This document shows positions 12,501-24,500 of a stretch of DNA of 64,000 nucleotides, one piece after another (the stretch's first letter is position 1; each line of letters starts with the position of its first letter). A program made the translations under genes and the position numbers. The notes under the pieces were generated by a model. It did not search any database, was not told where the DNA came from, and worked only from the letters and a program-made list of their open reading frames with translations. This DNA is from Phoronis australis (taxonomy: Eukaryota; Animalia; Phoronida), in NCBI GenBank assembly GCA_002633005.1, contig NMRA01000077.1, positions 372,001 through 436,000 on the forward strand, written 5' to 3'.

Positions 12501-15500
12501 TTGCTTGGATTTTTCCATTCACTTTGAGGCTACCCATAGTTAGTCATCACTACTCGTGTTTCATTGCCAGCTGATTACCGAATATCACAATTTTTCGGTT
12601 AGCGTGGTATTCCTCAAATAAAGTAGCTCAACATGACCGGGTGATAAGTGCTGTCTTAAAAGCTGTTGACATCTAATTTGGTTACTGTGTGTTGTTTCTT
12701 TTTGTCGTAATGTAGTTCAGTTGTATATTAAAAGAATAAACCATGTGGTATTGTTAGTTATGATCTGTGTTTGTAAATCCTCCGAGTATATCAATACGCA
12801 CAGTCATTATCTTTAATCCATAATCAATGTTTGGAGTTTTTAGCTTATTCATCGATATTCTAAAGTTGAAAACCATTATTAGTATGTTGTTTTTTCCACC
12901 TGAATACCTCCGTAATGTTTTATTTTTAATAAAATTGTTGGTTTATGCATTTTGAAAATTCGCCACCAATGTGTATAGACAGAGATGTTGACTACTGTAA
13001 CAGTTTATGGCCAGATAATTACACTTAATTGCACTTGACAATGTGTATAGACAGAGATGTTGACTACTGTAACAGTTTATGGCCAGATAATTACACTTAA
13101 TTGCACTTGACAATGTGCTCATCACCACTGCGTCCGACTCCGAGCGCCGTGCTTTCTTTGATCCAGGTGAAAATCGCTCAGAAGAAGGTTATACACAGTC
13201 AAGCAGGGGTGAAAATTCCTGCATGTGTTTAGAAATGTGTTTTCCTTGTAAGCAAATTATTCATGATATGTGTTATTTGATGTTATGGTGATGCTAAGAT
13301 GTTTTGAATTTGTCATTTGTGTCAATTGTATAATTTTAATGAAGACCTTGAGTTATGGCTCTCTGTAACTTAAGATGGCTTCGGCTTAGTAGTCAGCCCT
13401 GTTGTGTATTTCAGAATAAGATCCTGACCGAGCCCATCTGGATGTTTGCCAGTCCATCAAAACTCGTCATCACTGTTGTGGCAAAGAATCCTTTGGCGCC
13501 ATCCACTCTGAAGATTAAGAAAGTCTCTGGCTGCTTTATCGGACCAGGTGAAATTGTCATTTAGTTGACCTAGTTGGTATAAGACATTGCAGAAATGTAT
13601 ACAAATTGATTCACATAACCGTCACTTTTGTTTTTTTCTAACCAGTTTCTAGGACTGGAGGTCATTTCCCTACAAAAATAAGGGTGTGGTGATTGCGTGG
13701 AAGTAGATTAAATTAATTTGCAGATTAGGGACGTTTTTCATTTAAAGACAAGAATAAGCATTGATGTTGATTTGCCTTATTTAATTTTCAGTGCCAACAT
13801 CCCCAGTACCTGTTTCCACTACTGCTACACCTGTAGTATTGACAAAGAAACAACGAATAACACAGCAACCAACTGTGCCACCAACTCAACCATCAACCCA
13901 ACCACGTACCCATGCACCAACCGAGCTTACTAGTCCATCGCCTACACAACCACCATTCCAAACATCGACCCGTTATCCTACTCAATCGCCAACAAAACGA
14001 CTGACTCAAGGACCAACAGAAGCACCAACTCGGTCATCGCAACCTTCAACTGAGTCACCTACAGAGCCTCCAGCTGGAGGTAATTTCATTCTCTAATTAG
14101 ATTTTGAAAAAACACTCCTGATGTTTGAGTAAGTGAAGTTACTGAATGAGAACACTTTCTTCGAACAACGTTTTTGCAAGAGTGAAAGAAATTTATTGCT
14201 TTCACCTTTTACTATCAACTTCCAGAGGTAGCCGGTGAAATACAAACTTCAGATGAGTCATCAGTTTCTGAGAAAAAGATATAATTGTCTCACAACAAAA
14301 TTTGGTTTTGCAAAGTAATTTGATACATAGTTTTATTGATATTTACGTTAAAGATCAGACATCTGGAAATATCTAGAATTTTCGAGTCTGTTTAATAGGA
14401 AAAGTATTGGAATTTATGTTGGAATCGTAGACATTAAAGCTGCATTTTGATCATTAAAAATGAATCTTGATTTTGGCATCAACCACCCATGTAAGAAATT
14501 TCCATGTATGTCACTCTTTTACTATACTTAGATGATGACAAGATGTCTTGTCTAAAACGAGCTTTTCATCATGTGAAACTCCACCTGTTAATAAGGATGT
14601 GCTCAATGGACCCAAAATGTGACTGTCATCTACTTAGTGCATATGTTGAGGAAGAAAATACTTTTGAACTTGGGTTCTTCTTCAACTGTTCCTGTGAATT
14701 ATGACATTTCCTATCACGTAACATCTGTACTCAGCATTTTCAAAAAGATTTTGTGTGTTGTTTCTAACATGTTCACTTTCCTGTGGATCTTTTCCACTGC
14801 AGGTGATCAACGTGTTCTCATTAACCAAGAGAGTATCGACAAGATACATGATTCTATTTTTGGAGCACTAAGTAGTTCTAATTCTCTGTACCAATAATTT
14901 GCCTTGTTTTGATGTTTCAGTTAAAACAACTCCTGTTCCTCCAGTTACAACACCAGCTACTACACCATCTCCTATTACAACTCCGGTTGGAGTGCCGACC
15001 ACTGTGGTACCTGTCTCGACTGAAGGGCAGCAACCAACAACACCGGCACCTACTCTACCACAGACTCAGCCAACAAGACTGCTTTCCACCCGACAACCTA
15101 CTCAACCACCAACGAGACCATCTACTGAGTCAGCAACAGAGCTGCCAGCTCAGGGTAAATGTTCTCGCAAAGAAGAAAACTCTAAACTACAACATTTTCC
15201 CTGCTACACAAGAATTGTCTCATGATACTAGTTTTGACTTTTTAACTCCTATACTAATTATGTGTTTAAGTTTTAAGACAATATCGAATGTAAAATGTGT
15301 TTTTTATTTGCAAGGGCAATTTTATGGAAATTCAAGTTATTCTGTTAAAATTTAAAGGGCTCCATACTATGAGCTGATGTTTTGAAAAGTTTGTTCTTGG
15401 ACAATGATGTAACAGAATGTTTGTGTTTTTTACTTGTTTTTCTTCTTTGGCTGTGCCTGTTGATTTACGTGATTCTGTACCACCTCACAGAAAATGTGTG

Positions 15501-18500
15501 CAGAATCATCAACACGAATTTGGAGGTAATATTTTTCCAACACATTCACGATATTCTTGATGTGTTTCCTGCAGGTACAACAACACCCGTACCCTGTGAT
15601 AAACCTGTGGACATGGATGTTGTCAGCAACCCAGAGAGTGTAACAGTTAGCAGCGGTGAACCACAAAATTTGAAGGCTGGTAGTGAGAAACCATATTCAA
15701 ATGAACCGTCTACTGATCCAATACCTGAAGTTACACTGACAGTGCCAGATGACGAGGAGGCCACTGGTACATTGAGCGTGACATTGCCTGAGGAAGAAGC
15801 TGAAACACCTGAAGGTGGTGAACCTACCACTCCAAATGTGGAGAAAATAGACATTTATGTGGACGAAGAGGAAACCCCAGTCAGCACATTGACGCCTGAG
15901 GTAATTTTGCTAAAAATGTTCTGTAAAAGCAAATTTCTAGTTACTAACAATATGTCATCTACAACATTCCACTCTGGAAAGATATGGAAAATATCCTCTT
16001 TTTTCTTTTAGGATATTGAAGATTTGTCGGAAGAAATCCCAATTCCAAAGCCATTCAAGAAAGTGCGACTTGTTTTCACTCCGGTTGACAAGATCAAGCC
16101 AATTAATGTTGATTCTGTGAGCTTCAATGGTTGTATTAAAGGTAGGTTTGTTTCATTCAAGAGTCTATCTACAGGACACATTCTAATATTTGAGGACTAA
16201 TAGTGGTCCTATTTTCTCCAAATGATCAATTTGCCTTGTTTTGATGTTTCAGTTAAAACAACTCCTGTTCCTCCAGTTACAACACCAGCTACTACACCAT
16301 CTCCTATTACAACTCCGGTTGGAGTGCCGACCACTGTGGTACCTGTCGTGACTGAAGGGCAGCAACCAACAACACCGGCTCCTACTCTACCACCGACTCA
16401 GCCAACAAGATTGTTTTCCACCCGACAACCTACTCAACCACCAACGAGACCATCTACTGAGTCAGCAACAGAGCTGCCAGCGCAGGGTAAGTGTTCTCGC
16501 AAAGAAGAAAAGTCTAAACTACACAAGAATTGTCTCATGATACTAGTTTTTCTTTTTAACTCCTAAACTCAGCTCAGGGTACGTGTTCTCGCTTACCCCT
16601 ACCTTGTCTCGAATATCTGGCCACTCACTATTTTTTGTGTTTTCTTCTAATTGGCTATCAGCACAATGGTAAGCACTTTCTTAGATAATGAATTATTGAT
16701 TAGCTTAAACTCACTGAAAAATACAATTTTGGGATTGAGTACACGTCTTGAACTTCTGCCATGAAGCAAAAAGTTCATCTTTGTTTTGTGATTTTAATCA
16801 CAAATTCTCGCTATTGGTTGTGAGTCATTCCCTGAAATCAAGGCTGGTGACTAAAGCAATTGAATTCACATACAATACTTATGACTCACAGAACAATACT
16901 TATGACTTACAGAGGTGGTTTTAGCTCTAACAGCACAGCAGCAGTCTGCAACTGCTGAGGTCAGAGTTGAAATTCCTCTTTTGATTATTTTTAACTAATA
17001 ATTTCTGGCTAATAGTGTCTCTATAAACCATTTTGCTCCATGAAAATGTTCAACAAATTTTAAGAAGACCTAGGATACATTACACCACATGTAAAGTTAA
17101 ACCATGATCTTTCAGGTGAAACAATGCACTTTCTGCAGTGAGTTTTATGTTATGTCGAATTTGGAAATTCGGTTTTATGCTCTGTATAATTTAGTGCTTG
17201 TGTTGTATGCTGTTCATAAGTACATTCAGTGAATAAAGAAATACACCATTTTGAATTTGTGGCAAAAATTTGAAATTCCTTTGCTTCTACCATCTGTGGT
17301 ATTGTATTTTAATCTTTCAGGGTTTTATGTAGATTTTCCTTGCATTATGTATGATGGCGATGGTTAAATGTTTTTATTTGTTTTTTATGTCCTATTCAAA
17401 ATATACTTATAAAATAATACCAGTCATTAATACTTCTTTGTTCTATTTTTATAATGTAGTTGGAATGAAGTTTATAGGCTTTATTTTTAATTTAATAAAC
17501 AGCTTCTGACTTATGTCTTACTTTGAATTTTACTATTTTAAGCTACCATAGCCACACTAGATATAACTGTAAAAGGGAATGGTTCCAAATTTAGGACCAT
17601 GGCCTTCTACTCGAATAGAGGACCATAGTCAAATACGAGGCCATGGTCTAGATGTAACTGCAAAATGGAATGATTCAGAATGTAAGACCATGGCCTTGTA
17701 CTCGAATGGAGGACTATAGTCAACTACAAGACCATAAAGTGGAATGGTTCCAGATATATATTATATATATATATGGCCTTGTATTTCACTATGGTTCTCT
17801 ATTCAATACAAGGCCATGGCCTTAAATACAAGTTTTTCCAATAAATGGCAATACGAGACTAGTTCTACATGTACTCAGACTTTGTTGAGGACAAAGTGTT
17901 TGTCAATGAGTTGCTGATTTTTCAGTCTTGATTTGTGTTCAAATGGTTAGCTATTGGTAAAGTGTGAGAGTACCATAATGTTTGACTAAACCTTTTCTTC
18001 CAGGACTATGTGCATTAAGCCACAAATAGGCTAGTAATAAAACTGACTCAATAGGAGACTTTTAGTACTGGCGCTCTGTAGAGTAATGAGAGCAAGAAAG
18101 CTACTTTTGCTTGATCCCAACTCAAATTTACAGAAATTCACTGCTTAATACAGTGATTCATTAATTTAAAAACAGAGGAATAAATCCTATTGTCAATCCC
18201 TCTTATTGTTTGATTAGGTTAGCTTCAACAGTTCATTTTAGCTTTTTGAGGTAAAGTGGTATCAAAATTCTACCGCTTTATCAGCTGCAGCACTGACTCT
18301 GCAGTCATAGGTGCTTTATCATGTGATATCAGGAAAGGTGTTAAAACACTATCTATAAGGGTGAAATCTCCCGTCTGCATTACATGGGATCTGTAGGTGG
18401 CATTGAACGCCTGTCGACCAAAATCGTGATTGTGGTCTGATGGGTTTGTGAATTTCAATATGGCGTGGCTATTTTGAAAGTCAGTTATTTGTTCTCAGCC

Positions 18501-21500
18501 AGTCTTTTGAGCTGTCTGTATCAACTGGGCTGCCTGTTCTGGCCATTACAAGGTATTATTATCTTTTGTTATTTGACCTTTTTTACTTTATCTTGTTTAT
18601 TGGGTTACATACTGTTAATCAAGGATCACCATTTTTTGTGATGATGAGTTAATTTTTGGTCATACAAAGTGAAGGTATTAACATTTTCATATTATTTTAA
18701 TTTTCAGCGACATCAGCACGAACACAACCTCCCACACTTCCACCCTCAACCACTACAGGTAGTCATTTGCTGTTTGGTTTAAAAGGTTACTAAACTCTGT
18801 TTTGGTGTTTCACCTAAGGTGGTTCTGTCATCTGTACCAGTTGCACTTCACTTGAAATCTAAAGGCATTGTTCAGGTGAAGCATAGGTTCAGTGTGTCAA
18901 AATTGATCTTTCGTTTTGAAGTGGGTGGTCTTTCCTCAGAATGGTCTAATAACGGCCAACGTGTTAAGCATTCTTGTTGATTTAGCAAACCTACTAATTT
19001 TATTTTTTAAATTTAATCCAAAATGTTTGCAGTTGGAAACTTAAAGGAAGCATTTGTTTTGTACTTATTCAGATTCAGTTCCATTTCACTGTTTAGCTGA
19101 CTAACAAACAGTTGAATTAAGCCTTTTGCTCTCGTGACATTTGTCTCATTATGTTTCTTTCTGTGATTGGGTTTTACTTTATTATCACCAAGAATGTTGA
19201 AACTATCAAAAACTCAAGAAAACGCTTCAGAATTTTTTGGGGTTCACCAAATGTAAAATTGAATATGTATGAAATTCCTATGTCTTGAGTTGCATGCTCA
19301 TTCGGCAACACTTCAAGATCGGTTGAGTGGCAATATTTTAACACCGAAAAGCAAAAGCACTACGGTTAAGAATTCAACATTAGCAGTAGCAAAACATCTG
19401 CAAAGTAGACTAGGTCTTTTAGTGATCCCTTGTGTTTCAGATCAATTTGTTGACTGGAACTGGGTTTATGTTAGCTCATAAGTTCATAGTGGTTCACTTT
19501 AATTTTTGTTCTGGGAACATTAGTCATATTTTAGGCCACTTTTCTTCATTCTTGTATTAAAATGTTTATTGTGTTATGACTATTTGATATATTTTAAGTT
19601 GGCATTTCTTTTTTGAAGTTTTTCATGGCTTGGAACTGCTGAAGCTTTGAGGATTTTTGGCTTTGAACGCTTTACAATTCCTTGTGGTGAAAAATCTCAG
19701 TCTCTAAACTCAGAATTAAATGAAGGGAATCAACTGTACAAATTTTGCAGAACAAGTGCAGAATCGTCTCACATGTCCTCTGAAGGAAGCAATGGGTGAC
19801 AAATCAGTGATTAAAAACAAGGATATTAAAGCTACATACTCAGGACCTGAAAGTGCTGTAAAATACTTAAGGCCAGACAGTCCTGTCAAATACAGAGCCA
19901 AACCAGTTGATGGAAAGGTTGTCATCACAATCACTGTTGATGAGAAAGAAATGTCAAGTTTTGCTCTCGTTAATGAAAAGACCAGTAACATTGCAAGCAT
20001 GAATGTTCTTCTTGACGGTGTTGCTGCAGCAGTAGGCAATGAGGTTAGTGGTTGTCACCAACTTAGTTAGTGTCAAAGTCAACTTTTTTGTGATACCTGG
20101 GGTGCAGTCTGTAGATTCAATAGATTAGCCATACACTTGTGGCAAGAAATCTTTGTTAATGGAGTGGACACTGTGAATTCTGTCCCATAATTCATTAATC
20201 CGATCGTATAATTTTAAAAGTCCAGTTTCAGTGTCCATGATTCACTTCAATGGTCACCATGATGCTAGGTTATGGAAATAAGGCCTAAAAATTGCTTTCA
20301 AAACACTCGCCTTTCACTCTCATGATTTTGCGTGGTCCTGTGTTATCTTGAGTTTTGTCGAGCTTCTAATTTGTTAGTTAATTTCTGTCATTACTCAGAT
20401 TCCATTGCTACATTTTCTCATGAAAGGTAAAGAATCCTGTGTTTTGTCATTATCAGTTGCCGTATTGAACAAAATCTAGACAAAATTATCTATAATTTTG
20501 TTAAATCAGTGTCTGTCTTCTTTTCAATGTGTCTTTATTGATTAGAATCTAAGTTTGGCTTATAAAATATTCCACAGGATCTGGAGATAGAATTTCCGGG
20601 TGGCGTTGCACCTGTCAAGTTAACGATTGAGCTAAATTCAATCAGCTCAACTCAGGAAGTAGTCACCCAGTTTGTGTCACTGCTGGTGTGTGCCGAAGGT
20701 AGGTGTTTTTACCAATATTTTTACTTGATTTTGTAATTTCATGTTCTCAAAATGTAGTATACCTAAAATAGTTAATAAGGGTGAACTATCAGTGGTTTGT
20801 ATGGTTTCCGTTAGTGTGATTGAAGTTCACTCCGTTTGATTCCCGAGCAGTTTTAACAGAAAATTAGTGTATTACTCAGTCTGTCAGCTTACACAAAAAT
20901 CAAAGCCAGAAACATGTTCAATAAGCTTCTTTAGCAGTTTTTAGCAAGCAAGCATAGGCAAGTGCTTCCATTCACTTTCGATGGGTAGTTGGCTTAGAAA
21001 TCCAAGATGGTATCCATGGCCACCTTAGGGTTTCAAGGTGTTTCACATTAGGCGAGCCCTCTGGTGAGAGTCCACCACTTCAGTTACTGCATGATTTGTA
21101 CCACAGTCATTTCAAACCTGATAATGAACTTAAGGTAAGTGTGCTGTGTATTCTTTATTTTAGACACAGAAGGCATAAAGATTCATAGCACAACTCCAGA
21201 GGGTAAGCATGACAATTTATACTAAAACATTCAATTTCATTAAATGCATGTTGTTTCAGAATTTTCCATTGGGATTAGCCAAAAAAATGAATATTTCATT
21301 TGGTGAATAAGTGCGCAGCTGACAGATGGTCTGGCACAAGTTGTTATTACATTTATGATACATAGTCACTTAACATGTGAATGATTTACAAATTCCTCAA
21401 CATAACTACCAGGAACTAAGGCAAGACTAATTTTTGCTGTAGTAAATGTTGGCCATCTTATCCAAAGAAAGCTGAAGATTTGACAGTTCATGTTTTCTAA

Positions 21501-24500
21501 GCCAATAGAAATGCGTGATTGTGTCTCAATTCATGTAGTCAGGTTCGCTGTAGTTAGAAAGAAGAGCAACACGAGGAATTTGCCAGGGAATTAGTTGTGC
21601 TGTTTTGAAAGTGGGAAATAATGCCAGGAATTGAAAAGTAGATGTAGGAAATGGCGAATGGTTAGGACTAATTTGAACTTAACCAGCACATCCAATTCTC
21701 TGTTGTGAATTGCCCATAGAGCAACTGGCCAGTCTGTCTTCATTCCGTAATTTTTTTACTTCATTTTCATTTAAATTGTTTATACTTGCTTCAAGTGAAC
21801 GATAATTGTTCACCCAATCGGAGATTCTGCATGTGTTGCAAAGTGACAGAAACAAGAGCAGTATAGTGAAGCGGTTCTGTAACTTCATTTACCTTAAAGG
21901 ATGAGCCTGCTTCAGGATACTGCGCTATCTGTTTAATCATTGATGAATTGTAGACGAGCAACAAAGAAAATGTAGAGTATCTCAGGGGAAAAAGCTCAAA
22001 AACAACACTTTGTGAAAAATTAAGCAAATTAATATACAATGTAGAGAACTAAAAATGTCAAATTTGTGAAGGTTAATCTATCTTTAGTCCTTAATGTTAT
22101 GTAGGTTCTTATTGATAAGGTTAATCTATCTTTAGTCCTTAATGTTATGTAGGTTCTTATTGATAAGGTTAATCTATCTTTAGTCCTTAATGTTATGTAG
22201 GTTCTTATTGATAAGGTTAATCTATCTTTAGTCCTTAATGTTATGTAGGTTCTTATTGATAATTCTATGCATTTAGCCAAATATCTACAAAACTACAGAA
22301 TGTTTCTCTGTGAAAGACAAAGTATATATTACCTGAAATTAGAAACTGTAGAATTCAATTCTTGACTTGATACCAAACTACGACCACTTACATATTAGGT
22401 TATGCGACTATGTCTTTTTAGTAAATCTTAGCAGAAAAAGAGAAGCACATACATAGCCAAACAGTGTCATCATTAAGATGACCCAATTCCGTTTGATGCA
22501 AATGTATATGACTTGTCTCAAAAATGCTGTTACAGTTTTCTAAATTATCACAAACGCTCTTATTTTATTTAACTTTTGAGTATTTTATACAAACCCTAAA
22601 ATTCTTGTTTTATAAGCTCTCATCCAGCACAGGATGTGACAGTTCCATATGAATCCAATCGGCCATTTTTCCTTTATGGTGTTCCACAGGTAGCCAGATT
22701 TGACCACTTTTCCAGGTCCCTTCATAAACTTAAACAGTTTGATATGGAACATGTGGTGATTGCTTTGGCACTAAGAATTAATCTTTGTTGATTACTCTGA
22801 ACATTTAGGTCAGACGACACCAAGTTCTTTGGACTTCACGAAAGGGAAAAAAGAATTGTGCGTCAAATCAGATATGATGGTCAGCCCTGTTGTCCAGTTC
22901 AAGTCGTCGAGTGGAAATCCTGAAGATGCCAAAAGTTACACCCCTAACCCACTGACATTCGACATCACTGACAAAGAACGAACGTTTACCATGGTATTCC
23001 CTGACAAACCAGTGGCTGAAGTGGATTTAATAAAGATACAGGAAGTGACAAATTATGAGACAGTCAAGATAGCAATTGATGGCCAGGAATTTTATGACTT
23101 TGATGTTGTAAGTTTTTTATGCACAATCCTGTTTTGTACCAACTCCAGATGGTTTTCATTTTGTGGAAAATTCACTTAAAAAGTTTATCAAAAATAATTT
23201 CATGGTATTGCATTTCCTGACATTGCACTATGTGTATGTCCTGTTGGTCAGAACTAATACTTGGTGAACCATTTGATATAGCTTACTTGTTGGACTGTGG
23301 AGTCTAGTTAACTGAAGAACCATTTTTGACACAGTAGCTGCATGTGTTTCAGAAAAACATTTTGACCAAACCCATCTGGATGTTTGTCAGTCCATCAGAA
23401 CTCATCATCACTGTTGTGGCAAAGAATGCTAACTTGCCTTCTACTTTGAAGATTAAGAAAGTCTCTGGCTGTTTCATCGGACCAGGTGAGATGTTTTTTT
23501 GAGTCCATTAAAACCGCGTCTTTAAATAGGCACCATGTTTTGGCGACATGCAGAAGACCAATTGCAGGGTCCATAACTATATCACCGGTTTTCATCACCG
23601 AATCTATCTCAGAGTGAATGCATGATATAACACGCATTAGTTACATTTCAGGGTCCAAAGATATTCTGTGAATTGACTTGGAGGTAGCTGTTGTCCTCAT
23701 CTTGGGCCATTGTGCATTAACAATTCTTGTGATGACAAGAATACTTCCTTATCCCATGGGACAGCTTGGTAGATCATGTGAAATTAGGGAACTGAAGAGC
23801 ATGGAAAAGCCATTATAGCTAAAATTCCTGTATTACCAGTTGTTATGAAAAAATTTGGAAAAATTATTCACTCTCAGGTGTATGAGTAGTGTGACCATTC
23901 AGGTGTCAAGTAGAGAGTTGTATGAATACCAAAGTGGAGCCGGAGAATATAAATATAAATGAGTAATGTAAAATAAACTAATGGTTGATAAATAATAAAT
24001 ACGACAAATATCAGAATAATGATGATTAATGCATTTAACGAGTTAGATTTGATAATAGAAATACTGGGTCTAATGACAGTGCCAATATATCTATATTCAT
24101 AATACCAGAAATAATTTGGTAAACATTCCTTTTCCCATTCTGATGCCTTGCTATGGAACAATTTTGATACTGATGTCCGTCAAAATAAAGATTTGGTATT
24201 TTCAAGTCCAGGTACCTGGGTAATTTTTGATTATTGTAGTTTTAATTGTATAGTATTTCACTCTTTTGTGTCAATTACGATCTTGTTTATTATATTTTTA
24301 ATATTTTATCACAACTTTATGGGAGACCAGTTGTATAACTGAATAGGTTTTACCCTGAATAAACCTATATCTCAATTAATTAAATGAGGGAAGGGTTTCC
24401 CATCTCCACATCTTCACGTTATGTTTCTGCTCTAGAACTAGTGTGTATTTTTAGTTCAACCTCTGAGCACAACTGAGTCACCCATAGTACTGCCTGAAAA

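Noticed and set aside
14226-14284. Candidate micro-exon EVAGEIQTSDESSVSEK after a good acceptor
   Set aside because: No convincing donor follows (AAG|ATATAA) and the frame runs into a stop; at best a dead exon.
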